Assembly (NCBI RefSeq): GCF_006345805.1
Contig: NW_021833665.1
Span: forward strand, 19,884 to 83,883
Direction of reading: 5' to 3'
DNA: 64,000 nt
From: Octopus sinensis
Taxonomy: Eukaryota
Of the stretch, positions 13,885-24,644 are shown one piece after another; position 1 is the first letter of the stretch, and each line of letters starts with the position of its first letter. Below the pieces are notes generated by a model. The model saw nothing but the letters and a program-made list of their open reading frames with translations. It was not told where the DNA came from and did not search any database. The position numbers were made by a program, and so were the translations under genes.

Positions 13885-14849
13885 TACAATATATTTTATT
13901 GGTTAGACAATGTAACAGCTAGAAGTGAGTGAGGTATAGTATTAAGATGCAATTCCATCAGTTGAGTGCCCTGACTACTAAGTTGTCTATGTTTTCTTAG
14001 TATTCTTTATTTCACAGACCAAATCAGAAATTTGGCAAATCCAAAACAAAAGAGTTTGATTTATTTTTTTTTGTTGAAGAGGCACTAAATTAAGCAAATT
14101 TCAGTGGTCAGGTCACCAAAAAATCAGAATTTATTCATGCAGTTATCAAACATAAGTAAGAATGAAACTTCTAGCTGTGGCCAACTGGTTGTTTTTATTG
14201 AAGCAATTATTTCTTTCAAATTTTCCAGTTGTATATTTTATGGATTCAGAAATATTTTCTGCATTAGTAAGAATGGAAGTGTTCCAACTGCAACCAGCAT
14301 ATCTGTTTTCAAATTTAAATTCAGAGACAATACAAATGAAAAAGAGATATTTTTGCCGACATTTATTAAAGATATAACATCTTTTCATTATCTGAATATG
14401 AATAGCCAGACTAATAAAGGAAAGAAAAGATTTTATTTGCTTATTTTAGCCTTACAAAATTTCTATACAAATATACAAATCTTCAAACTTTATAATATCC
14501 ATTGTCAAGTAGAAGATTTTAACTACACCCACACACCACTTTTTCAAACTAATTTTTATGACTTTGGATTTTATCAACATCCTAACACTCGTAACCCCCT
14601 CCCCATCTCAAGAAGAGCAAGGTAAAAGAAAATGTTAGCTTAATTTTATTTGAGTATTTTGTCCTTTCTTCCTACAATCATAAGTTGTTTTAACACAATT
14701 CACTTTGCTTTCCATCTTTTTGTGGGTATTGATGCAAACAACTATACTTCTCAGTTAAATACAATTAGCCATATCACCATCACCACCATTGTTATTTAGT
14801 GCCGCTAATGGGTGATGAGTGGCATCTAGTCACATTATTTATTTGTAGC

Positions 14850-15120
14850 CTGAGTGAGTAAAATGTCTTGGATAGAGACACATCATATTGTTGGAACTTC
14901 ATTAGAACCAAACATTCTGCTAGGATATACATCACCAATAATATGTAACTGCTGCATTCTGACTTGATCACCTGCACTGTGGTCATGATCAGAATGTACA
15001 GGTAGAAGAAAACTAATAAGGAAGGATGATATAAGCTGATAAAGGTGGAATGGTTGGAATGCTTTCGATCATAGGTCTGCATCCAAAGACCTAACCTGGG
15101 CAACAACAATGGCAACAACA
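14850..15120 (+). mobile_element. Diverged SINE (family C, (AAC)n tail); other copies ~19860-20200, ~20330-20515, ~21250-21630 (-), ~33650-33850
   Basis: Shared 3' motif GAATGC...TTTGATCATAGGTCTGC...GACCTGGGG(C/T)TAAACAACAA in several dispersed copies. Confidence 0.7.
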
Positions 15121-15583
15121 TATTCTTTTCTACTCTAGGCACAAGGCCCGAAATTTTTGGGGAGGGGGACAGTTGATTAGATTGACCCCAGTATGCAACT
15201 GGTACTTAATTTATTGACTCTGAAAGGATGAAAGGCAAAGTCGACCTCAGCAGAATTTGAACTCAGAATGTAAAGACAAAATACTGCTAAGCATTTTGCC
15301 CAGCGTGCTAACATTTCTGCTAGCTTTCCACCTTAATGCCAACAACATATTTCTTTATTGCCTACAGGGGGCTAAACATAGAGGGGATAAACAAGGACAG
15401 ACAAAGGGTTTTAAGTCGATTACACCAATCCCAGTGCATAATTGGTACTTATTTAATAGACCCCAGAAGAATGAAAGGCAAAGGCAACCTCAGTGGAATT
15501 TGAACTCAGAACGTAATGGCAGACAAAATACTGCTAGGCATTTCACCCGGTGTGCTAATTTTTCTGCCAGCTCGCCACCTTAA
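15121..15583 (-). mobile_element. Two tandem family-A SINE copies (15121-15335, ~15350-15583)
   Basis: Same sequence as 13436-13884, e.g. TTTGAACTCAGAA, GAAAGGCAAAG, TGGTACTTA. Confidence 0.85.
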
Positions 15584-15868
15584 TGACAACAACATATTGC
15601 TAATAGAAGATACAATAGGAGCTAGCAAATGGATCGATACTGTTAAGTTAGCCAGTTTACAATAGTTACTGCAAGATATATTACCCAAACATTTTTGAAG
15701 TGAAAAATGTAAAATATATATATTTTAAAATTTTCTTAATGCTTTACAGTTCTTTGAAAGCAGGACTGTTTAAATTTTTATAACACTACATTTATATTCA
15801 TTTTTAAAAAATATTAACACTAATTGTTGTAAATAAAATATTTCTTGATGTCTTTCCCCTCTCTACAG

Positions 15869-16114
15869 TTCTACTTTGCAAAAATCCCTTATGATGCACC
15901 CGCTAACCAACCAGAAGTATCTCTCTATGAAGGACAGTTTGTTACAGTCATTACAAAGAACGATGGAAATGGAAATACTGAATGGTGGGAAGTTGACACA
16001 GGTGACAATGTTGGATACTGTCCAGCTGTCTGCTTGGAAAAAGCAATCAATTTCATGGAAACTGAAGAAATACTTTTCGGAGATATTACCAATGTAGATA
16101 CTTTCTATCATTAA
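15869..16114 (+). CDS. DNMBP: Terminal coding exon encoding an SH3 domain of Tuba/dynamin-binding protein (DNMBP/ARHGEF37-38) type
   Basis: Polypyrimidine tract plus CAG acceptor at 15866-15868 (phase 0). Translation FYFAKIPYDAPANQPEVSLYEGQFVTVITKNDGNGNTEWWEVDTGDNVGYCPAVCLEK...FYH*. The D-x-x-GNTEWW signature matches the C-terminal SH3 of the Tuba family as recalled. The SH3 call is firm; the symbol is a family-level guess. Confidence 0.75.
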   Translation, partial: FYFAKIPYDAPANQPEVSLYEGQFVTVITKNDGNGNTEWWEVDTGDNVGYCPAVCLEKAINFMETEEILFGDITNVDTFYH

Positions 16115-16135
16115 TAGTAAAATTGTATTTATACT

Positions 16136-16141
16136 AATAAA
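16136..16141 (+). terminator. Polyadenylation signal AATAAA for the SH3 exon
   Basis: AATAAA lies 22 nt after the TAA stop, followed by T-rich sequence. Confidence 0.55.
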
Positions 16142-16239
16142 ATTATAATTGTTTACATTCATTATTGATATATAATTAATCATATTAAAATTCTCTCACT
16201 CTCACACACACATATATATACATATATATATATGTGTGT

Positions 16240-16646
16240 GATTGTTGCCAGGGCTGCTGACTGGCTCCTGTGCCGGTGGCATGTAAAAAACACCATTCGA
16301 GCATGATCATTACCAGCATCGCCTTACTGGCACTTGTACTGGTGGCATGTAAAAGACAACATTTGAGCGAGGTCGTTGCCAGTAACACTGGACTGGCTCC
16401 TGTGCAGATGGCACGTAAAAACACCATTTGAGTATGGTCATTGCTAGTACCACCTGACTGGCCTCATGCACGTAAAAGCACCCACTACACTCTCGGAGTG
16501 GTTGGCATTAGGAAGGGCATCCAGTTGTAGAAACTCTGCCAAATCAGATTGGAGCCTGGTGCAGCCATCTGGCTTGCCAGTCCTCAGTCAAACCGTACAA
16601 CCCATGCCAGCATGGAAAGCGGACGTTAAACAATGATGATGATGAT
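16240..16646 (+). mobile_element. RTE LINE 3' UTR fragment with internal tandem repeats and (ATG)n tail
   Basis: Repeats of GTGCCGGTGGCA(C/T)GTAAAA; ends CCCATGCCAGCATGGAAAGCGGACGTTAAACAATGATGATG, the same tail as the RTE copies at 17216 and 27645. Confidence 0.85.
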
Positions 16647-17215
16647 ATATATATATATATATATACCAATTGGTCCAGGAAACTTGATGGTAAAATGTTT
16701 TTATTTTTTCATTTTGTTCCTATCAAATTTTATCCCTAATTTTTGTGGTTATAGAACCTAGCTGTTCTTTCTAGCGTGTTAAATCTCACGAGTGGATTCC
16801 TTATGTGTTTAAATGTACATTGTATGTTATGACTAATACATAGTCTTTGGACTAAATTTTTACACGTTAGGCCACTGGAAATGAAAACTGAGACATTGGA
16901 GCTCAGGTGAATCCTGTCCAACTCATGCCAGCATTGAAAGTGGATGTAAAATAATGATGATGAGTATGTTTAGTGGTATGTTTTATCAAAACACACGTAC
17001 TAGTATCTTTTCATTTTTTACCAACGAATTTACTCATGAGGCTTTGATCATCCCAGAGCCATTGTAAAATGTACTTGCTCAAAGTACTGCACAGTGGGAC
17101 TTAATTCAAAACTAAGTGATTGTGAATGTCATAATCACACAACCAGTACCTCATGATATGATTATTTATTCAGCTAAAAACTTACAATCTCAGTTTGAAA
17201 AGTATAAAGAATAGA

Positions 17216-19191
17216 TCATCATCATCATCATCATTTAACGTCCGTATTCCGCGCTAGCACGGGTTGGACGGTTCGACTGGGGTCTGGGAAGCCAGGGTCT
17301 GCACCAGGCTCCAGTCTGATCTGGCAGTGTTTCTACAGCTGGATGCTCTTCCTAACGCCAACCACTCCGTGAGTGTAGTGGGTGCTTATTACGTGCCACC
17401 TGCACGGGTGCTTTTTATGTGCCACCTGCACGGGTGCTTTTTACGTGCCACTTGCACAGGTGCCAGGGGGGTCTGGCATCGGCCACGATTGGTTGGTGCT
17501 TTTAACGTGCCACCGGCATGGAAGCCAGCCAAGGTGGCGCTGGCATCGGCCACGTTCGGATGGTGCTTTTTATGTGCCACTGGCACAGAAGCCAGTCGAG
17601 GCCATGTTCGGATGGTGCTTTTTATGTGCCACCGGCACAGGTATCACAACTACTATTTCCATTGATATTTGTTTTGATGTTTATATACATGCACTTGACT
17701 CAACAGGTCTCCTCAAGCACAGCGAGATGTTCTGGGACCCAAGGTACTTTGAATGGGCAGGGGCTATGTGGAACTGGTGCCGGAAGCATCCTGGGTCTTT
17801 GCAGTCACAGCACATCTCCAGAGATCTCGGTCCTTCGCCATTGCCTCAGTGAGGCCCAACGCTCTGAGGTCATGCTTGACTACCTCATCCCATGTCTTCC
17901 TGGGTCTACCTCTCCCCCTGATTCCTTCAACTGTTTGGGAGCGGCACTTCTTCACACATCTCTCCTCATCCATCCACAGTACATGACCATACCATCGCAA
18001 GCTTCGCTCTTGCACACCACATCTGATGCTTCTTATGTCCAGCATTTCTCTCAGGGTGCTTACACTCTGTCATGCATTCACACTGACATTACACATCCAG
18101 CGGATCATGCTAGCTTCATTTCTTTCAAGTCTACGCATGTCCTCTACAGTCATGGCCCATGTTTCACTACCGTGAAGCATGGCAGTTCGCACACATGCAT
18201 CATACAATCTACCTTTCACTCTGAGTGAGAGACCCTTTGTCGCCAGTAGGGGTAGGAGTTTTCTAAACTTTGCCCAGGCTATTCGTATTCTAGTGGTGAC
18301 ACTCTCTGAGCATCCACCTCCACTACTAACTTGGTCACCCAGGTTGCGGAAACTATCAACTACTTCTAGTTTCTCCCCCTGGAGTGTGATGGAATCTGTT
18401 TTCTGAGTATTTGTGGTGTCTATTGTCCCTGTGCATCTGCCGCACATGAAAGCTATCTTATCAGTTAATTTCCCTTTGATGTTGCTGCACCTCTTATGTG
18501 TCCATAGCTTACACTGGGTGCATCTTATGTAGTTTCTACCTACACCTTTCCTACAGATCGAGCAGGGCCACCTGCCCGATGGGGTGTGTGCTGAGTTCGC
18601 CTTTCTGCTTAATATAACTTTGGTCTTTGCTACATTTACTCTAAGGCCATTTGATTCTAACCCTTTTTTCCACACCCGAAATTTCTTTTCTAGTTCCGGT
18701 AGTGATTCTGCTATGAGAGCCAGGTCATCAGCATAGAGGAGCTCCCAGGGGCAACCTGTTTTGAATTCCTCTGTTATTGCCTGGAGGACTATGATGAATA
18801 AAAGGGGACTGAGGGCTGAGCCTTGGTGTACACCTACTTCTACCCGGAATTCTTCACTATATTCGTTGCCAATCCTAACCTTGCTGACAGCCTCTCTGTA
18901 TAGGGCCTGTACAGCCCTTATTAGCCATTCGTCAATCTCCAGTTTCCGCATCGACCACCAGATAAGGGATCGGGGGACTTTCTCCAAGTCCACAAAAGCT
19001 ATGTAGAGGGGTTTATCTTTAGCTAGGTACTTCTCCTGCAGTTGTCGGACCAGGAATATAGCATCAGTGGTGCTTCTACCTGGCACAAAACCGAACTGCA
19101 TCTCATCTAAGCAAATTCTCTCCCTAATGAGATGGATTATGACCCTCTCTGTGACCTTCATCACCTGATCCAACAGTTTAATACCCCTGTA
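17216..19191 (-). mobile_element. 5'-truncated RTE-clade LINE (reverse transcriptase, PHD-like finger, 3' UTR repeats); defective
   Basis: ORF 18070-19173: QFGFVPGRSTTDAIF, GVHQGSALSPLLF, LYADDL. The conserved AFDR is deleted (FVDLEK-VPRS). Frameshift into ORF 17764-18045. (CAT)n tail at 17216-17234. Confidence 0.95.
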
Positions 19192-19547
19192 TTTAAAGCA
19201 AATGGCTATCTGCCAGTTTTCAATCTGGATATCTTCTACATCTAGATTGGCAGTTCCATTTCATGAAACCAACTGTGGCTAGTTTTAAGAAGTGGCCGTA
19301 TCATTAACCTGATTTAGCCAGTTTAAATGTTATAGGATTAACAACATAGATTTTAATTCAACATAAAGCCACTTTTTGTTATGGCTGTTGATTGAACTGA
19401 TCTGTAATATATCCTTGAGATTTATTCTAACTATTACAAGGATGAAAGACAAAGTCAAGCTCTGTAAGATTTGAACTTGGAATTGTGATAACTCTGCCTT
19501 TTCTATGAAGTAACAAAACCTGTTAATATTCATGTCTTCTGATTTAC

Positions 19548-19684
19548 CTTTCTGGTTCTTCATGCTGAGAATTACCACAAGGCTTATACCAAGACCAGTT
19601 GCAAGAATGCAAAGGGAAATCATAACAGTTCTCATTTCTAACCAAATAAAGGGCTGATTGCCTCTTTTGGTTGTTGTTTCAAGT
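19548..19684 (-). CDS. Open exon encoding a transmembrane helix (LETTTKRGNQPFIWLEMRTVMISLCILATGLGISLVVILSMKNQK)
   Basis: Acceptor AATTACTTTATATTCCAG, donor AAG|GTAAAT, 137 nt with an open frame. ~21 hydrophobic residues are followed by basic KNQK. Confidence 0.65.
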
Positions 19685-22214
19685 CTGGAATATAAAGTAA
19701 TTAATACAACTCTCTTTAATTAACAAAGAAAAAAAAAACAAGAAAGTAATGTGTTCAGATTTCAAATAATCTCTTTAAGAATGAATGTATTTTTATTGTT
19801 ATAATGTAATATTCTTGGATAGGTTCTGCAGGAATGGGAAGTTGTGATATTCACACCTTTTCTTTATTCTATCAATATGAGCAAAAATGAATCAACAAGA
19901 GGCTATTTATTTGGTTGTTCAACTACTAGAAATAACCAAATCTCCCTAAAATGGGATACATTGGATAATGTAATATTAAATATACAAAGCATGATGGACA
20001 TATCTGAAACTTGTTTAATTATAGGCCTACTTCATTAGGGCTGACCTGGGGTCAAACAACATTATGAAGGAAGAACTCATTACATAATGTAGTCTTAGAT
20101 GTAATATGTCTGAATAAAATATAATATGATCACTGCTGGAAGTCTTTGATCATAGGTCTGCTATATCAAAGTAATCATGGGGCTAAACTACAACATAAGT
20201 GGCATGAAATAACTTTGAAATAGGAACAATAATTAACTCTTTAATCTATTCTAAGTGCTTCAGTTATGAAGTGCAGGGTGAGAACTTGTGGGTTAATGCT
20301 TTTCCTTTTAGTGGCAACATCAAGCTAGAAAGCATATTACAGAGTGAATGAGGGAGCCTTTCTATCATCACTTAACTTGTAAGTAATAGCAACCATACTT
20401 CCTTCAAATTTGTCCAAGTGAACTGCATATGAAAAGACTGGATGATCACAACTGGCATGTCTTTGATAGATCTGCTTGACCAGGACTAACCTGGGGTTAA
20501 ACAACCAGCACCACATCAAAAAAATGCTTTAACAGAAATCTATATATTACACTGTTATTTATGGCAGTCAACACAATTTTCTTTGAAAGTAAATGTTTTT
20601 TTTTATTCTTTTAAACTTTCAAATCAATCTCCCCCCTACTTCAGTCTTGGACTCATCTGTTGTCTTGGAAACCTTTCCTACTTGTTCTTTTATTATTAAT
20701 AATCCACATCACTTTTAATCATGTCATTTGTATCACAGTCTCTCATCTTGCTTTTCATCCACTAAAGTATCTTCCTTGGCTATGGGGGAAGGGGAAGGGA
20801 AGGTTTTATCCTGTTCTCTTTGAAACGGCATATTTAATAAAGAACAAATTTTCAATGTATTTGTGAATTCTGCAAAATTGCGCTGCAAGGTGTTGCTACT
20901 GAAATCTTTTCATATTGCAGCAAGATGCAAAACCAATTTCATTTTTTTTCCTTCTCCATAATTGGTTTAGGAATGTTTGCCAATTTCAAACACTAAGTCT
21001 TTGACAAAAAATTTCAGCTAACTGCGCCATTCTAATTGCATTTTTCTGCAAAAGAGCTTGCAGAGGTGTTGATACAGGAGTGGGAAGGGTAGATGGTGTT
21101 ATTGATACTGGAGACAACAGTAAAGTGAATAGAATTTAAAAAAAATTTTATTTGCAGGATTGTCTTTATTTCATTATTTGTGCTTGTATTTATTTTTTGT
21201 TTTATTTCAATGTTTCTCTATGAATGAATATGTACACTGTCTTACAGGGCCCTATGGTGATAAGGAAATGCTTGACTGATGTAATTTGGTATTAAGACTG
21301 AAGGTTATAATAGGTATTAGGTGGTTGGTTTGGTATTAAGACTGAAATTTATATTGGGTATTAGATGGTTGGCAATTGTTGTTCAGCTCCAGGTCAGCTC
21401 TAAAAATGTTCCAACTGTGACTATCTTGTCTGACTTTTTGTGGCTACATTATCTAATGTGTTCCTTCTGCTTTATAGTTTTATTATATGCTCCAGGTTAG
21501 CATATCTATGATGAAGTGTACTCCACTTAAGTCTGTTATTCTATATTGATACATTGTGGTATTTAGGACTAAATTATCTAATATATTCTTCCTTACTGTT
21601 TTTTTTTAGTCCCAGGTCAGCCCTTGTATATTTGTGTATGTGTTTGTATGTATAAACAGTGGAAACCACTTATAATCATTGAGTGTCCTCTGTTTGTAAT
21701 TGTTATAAAAATCAGCAGGTTGTTTAATGCTGCCAGCTGGTTATTCTGAAAAAATAAAGTAGGAGGGTGGCTTCCTCACAAAGTGATCAAACTATACAGC
21801 TTCTATTCATATGTGTGTTGCTTGGAGTAACTAAATATGTCTTCAATATGTCTACTTCAGTAATTTGCTTAGCCAAGTAAAATGATGACATGTGGTAATA
21901 GAAAATAGAGTAGGTAATCCAGTAAGTTCAAATTTATTACAGTTCACTAATGTTATCAATGTAGAACACCAAAACTGTTCTCAAGATAGAAATGGCAAGC
22001 ACATTTTATTAATACCACTCATTTACTGCACATACTCATATTAAGAATAGGATGGAGAACAACATATAGCATTACTCCAGTTATTACAGCTTTGTGAGTG
22101 ATGAATTTCCTGTGACATTCTGTGGCTCCTTCATAGTAGTGCTGTATTACTAATAATGATGTTCTGAGGCTTAGCATGATTTTACAGTGTTGGAAATATG
22201 GGAGGTGAATATAG

Positions 22215-22730
22215 ATCTTTGTGTGTGATAGATATTGGTCTCCATAGGATGGATATGGTGGACCTGCAGGTGATGAATATTGTAGATTTATGGGGGATGG
22301 ACATTGGTCTGTGTGTGATGGATATCGATTTGTGTATGATGGATGTGGTGAATTTGTGGGTGATGGATAGAGGTCAGTTTGTGAGTGATGGATGAGATAT
22401 TGGTCTGCATGTGATGGATGGTGTATTGGCCTACGTGTGATGGATAGGATATTGGTCTGCGGGTGAGGGATGGATATTGGTCTGTGAGTGAAGGGTGAGG
22501 TATTGGTCTGTACATGATGGACAGGATATCAGTCTGCAAGCGATGGACATTGGTCTGTGAGTGATGGACAGGTTATCAGCCTGTGAGTGATGGGCAGGTT
22601 ATTGGCCTGTGAGTGACGGGTGGGTTGCCGGCCTGCGGGTGATGGGCAGGTTGTCGGCCTGCGGGTGATGGACGGGTTGCCGGCCTGCGGGTGATGGGCA
22701 GGTTGTCGGCCTGCGAATGATGGATGGATA
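22215..22730. repeat. Minisatellite grading from 21/24-bp to 25-bp units (GATGGATATTGGTCTGTGTGT-like to GTGATGGGCAGGTTGTCGGCCTGCG)
   Basis: Tandem units anchored on GATGG; minus strand encodes YPSxxxx repeats in the 21/24-bp part. Confidence 0.9.
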
Positions 22731-22864
22731 TTTATCTATCTGATCTTATCAACACTGATAATGCAGCAACACAGTTGTAGCTTTTGGAAGAAAGAAAACA
22801 TGTTTGATACAAAAGGTGAGTGAGTGCTGTAATAGCATAGCATAGTTGTGGGTATGTTACTTCA

Positions 22865-23020
22865 GTGGTATATGCAGGTGACTAAGTGCAGCAATGATGA
22901 ATCAGGGAGGTAGGTGGATAATACTGCAGTGATATATGCAGGTGACTAAGTGCAGCTGCAATGTAGCAGGGAAGTGGGTGAATGATACTGAAGTGGTATA
23001 TGCAGGTGATTAGGTGCAGT
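22865..23020. repeat. Three copies of a ~63-bp-period repeat containing GTATATGCAGGTGACTAAGTGCAG
   Basis: Motif seen at ~22868, ~22930 and ~22993. Confidence 0.8.
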
Positions 23021-23887
23021 AATGACATAATAAAGAATATAGTCTTTGCACAGTTAGAAACTATGTGTCTGTCTATATACAACACATAATACTGTCCTCA
23101 CCTCCACTGTGAAATATAAATATCTCAATTTACTTAGCTGCCAAATCTTCTGAGATAGGGGAAGTGTTGTTTTGAGGGGATTGTTTCCTATCCACAGGAT
23201 AGGTTACTAGTTATTTCATCAGTAGTTTTAGCTGATAAATACAATAAATCCCTAACTATATCCCTACTTATGTGACCCCTCAAGACTTGACAGCCTTTCT
23301 ATTTATTAATACAATACAATCATTAGAATAAGGCAACTGCTGCTTGTGATAATGTATCACATGGTTAGATGTATGCATATGTTCTTCCATTGTTTTCTAT
23401 TGGTTTTAGGCATTGGACTGCAGCTGTGTTAGGGCAAAACCTTTAGTTTGTTTGACCTACTGAAGGTTAGTTTCTGCTTTTAATATGAAAGAATAGAACA
23501 CCAGTGTACACTCTTAAATGTGTGTGTGTGTGTGTGTGTATCCGACTGCTCTACGAAATCGCTCAAAAAATAAACAAATCACGTTATTGAATTCTCGTAG
23601 CTTTGAAATAATGTGAGATGAAGCCTTTCCCGCCTTTATTCAAGTATAAATACTGTGAAATTCTTTAGACCACATGGTTTTTTTTCAATGTTTGAAAATG
23701 CGACAGTAGTAAATAATAGATAAAAATATACATCTTATTTTGTATTGAGTACGAAAATGCGGCATAGTGTTAATTACGTTGATATATGTCTAATACGAAA
23801 CAACGCGTCTACAATTAAGACAGCAATGATTAGCGGATTACACAGCGAATATAAATATAGTTTCAATAAAGTTGAATGAAAACTCAC

Positions 23888-24046
23888 TTAAATATTTTTT
23901 GCTGCTTTTATTCTCTGTTAAATCTTGAATACGCAAGTAATATGACGTTGAAATCGGAATGCAGAATTGAACCGCCATCTTAATTGAAGCGCCATCTTTG
24001 AATATTCAGTTTCTGGAAGAAATCTCTTTTTTACTCGAAGGTAAAT
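23888..24046. promoter_or_regulatory. Promoter/first-exon-like island: tandem YY1-type CGCCATCTT motifs, minus-strand ATG exon, plus-strand pyrimidine initiator with donor
   Basis: 17-bp tandem duplication AATTGAA(C/G)CGCCATCTT at 23965-23998. Locally CpG-richer than the flanks. Minus ATG at 23978 is open to a GTGAGT donor at 23887. Plus TCTCTTTTTT at 24023 precedes AAG|GTAAAT at 24041. Confidence 0.55.
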
Positions 24047-24394
24047 GAATTAATTTTTGATTTTTTTCGTTTTACTAGCGATTTTTCGATATATATGTAT
24101 GTATGTACGTCCGTGGTTTCTTTTCAATGTAGTTGACCAGGTATTCTTTGAACCTAGAATCTTTTCCTTTTGAACGGCACTTTGTAACATAATTTCTAGG
24201 TAACTAAAAAGTTTTAAACTTCGTATATTGGTAGAATGTGTTTATAAAACATCATTTTTTCTTGGCTTTATTGAGAAAATACGGCACTGTCAGAAGTGAA
24301 AGTACGTCAACTTCGTGTATTTACGTCAGGTTTATACCTTCGTTAATTTACGCCGTTTATTTACGTACCACCACGCTGTTAGGTTTATAAAACC

Positions 24395-24644
24395 TTGGAT
24401 ATGCAAATTTCACGAAGCGGAGATAGACACAACTGTCTTCACACAACCCACTTCAGATTACTCCACTAAACACAATACTCTAATAAATAGAAACTCTGAA
24501 CAATGTCAACAACTTCCATGAACTCCCAATGACTCTCTTTGTCTCAACCAATATGCTAATTTTTTTATAAGAGTTTTGCTAGTCCATTCTTCCAATCCCA
24601 TAGGGGTGCCAATGACTCTCACCACAACAGTTTATACATGTAGA
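24395..24644 (+). repeat. 250-bp dispersed repeat, near-identical to 38676-38925
   Basis: TTGGATATGCAAATTTCACGAAGCGG...TTTATACATGTAGA occurs at both loci; only two substitutions noticed. Confidence 0.9.

Larger units (their letters stand above)
19195..23978 (-). pseudogene. Candidate decayed multi-exon gene (exons ~23978-23888, 23231-23134, 22780-~22050, 21745-~21658, 21107-~20552, 19684-19548, ~19308-19195) for a single-pass membrane protein
   Basis: Polypyrimidine-AG acceptors (strong at 23231, 22780, 21745, 21107, 19684; weaker at 19308) and GT donors on the minus strand. Protein-like translations are interrupted by stops and frameshifts, except the clean transmembrane exon. Confidence 0.5.

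Noticed and set aside
14104-14625. 173-aa ORF as a stand-alone gene
   Set aside because: AT-rich, non-ATG start, no recognisable domain; at most part of it is an exon.
17264-19006. Plus-strand ORFs of 133-236 aa
   Set aside because: Antisense to the RTE coding region and its 3' UTR repeats.
23102-23106. 5-nt minus-strand microexon TGGAG between a good acceptor and GTGAG donor
   Set aside because: Plausible signals, but it cannot be distinguished from chance without RNA data and does not restore an open frame.
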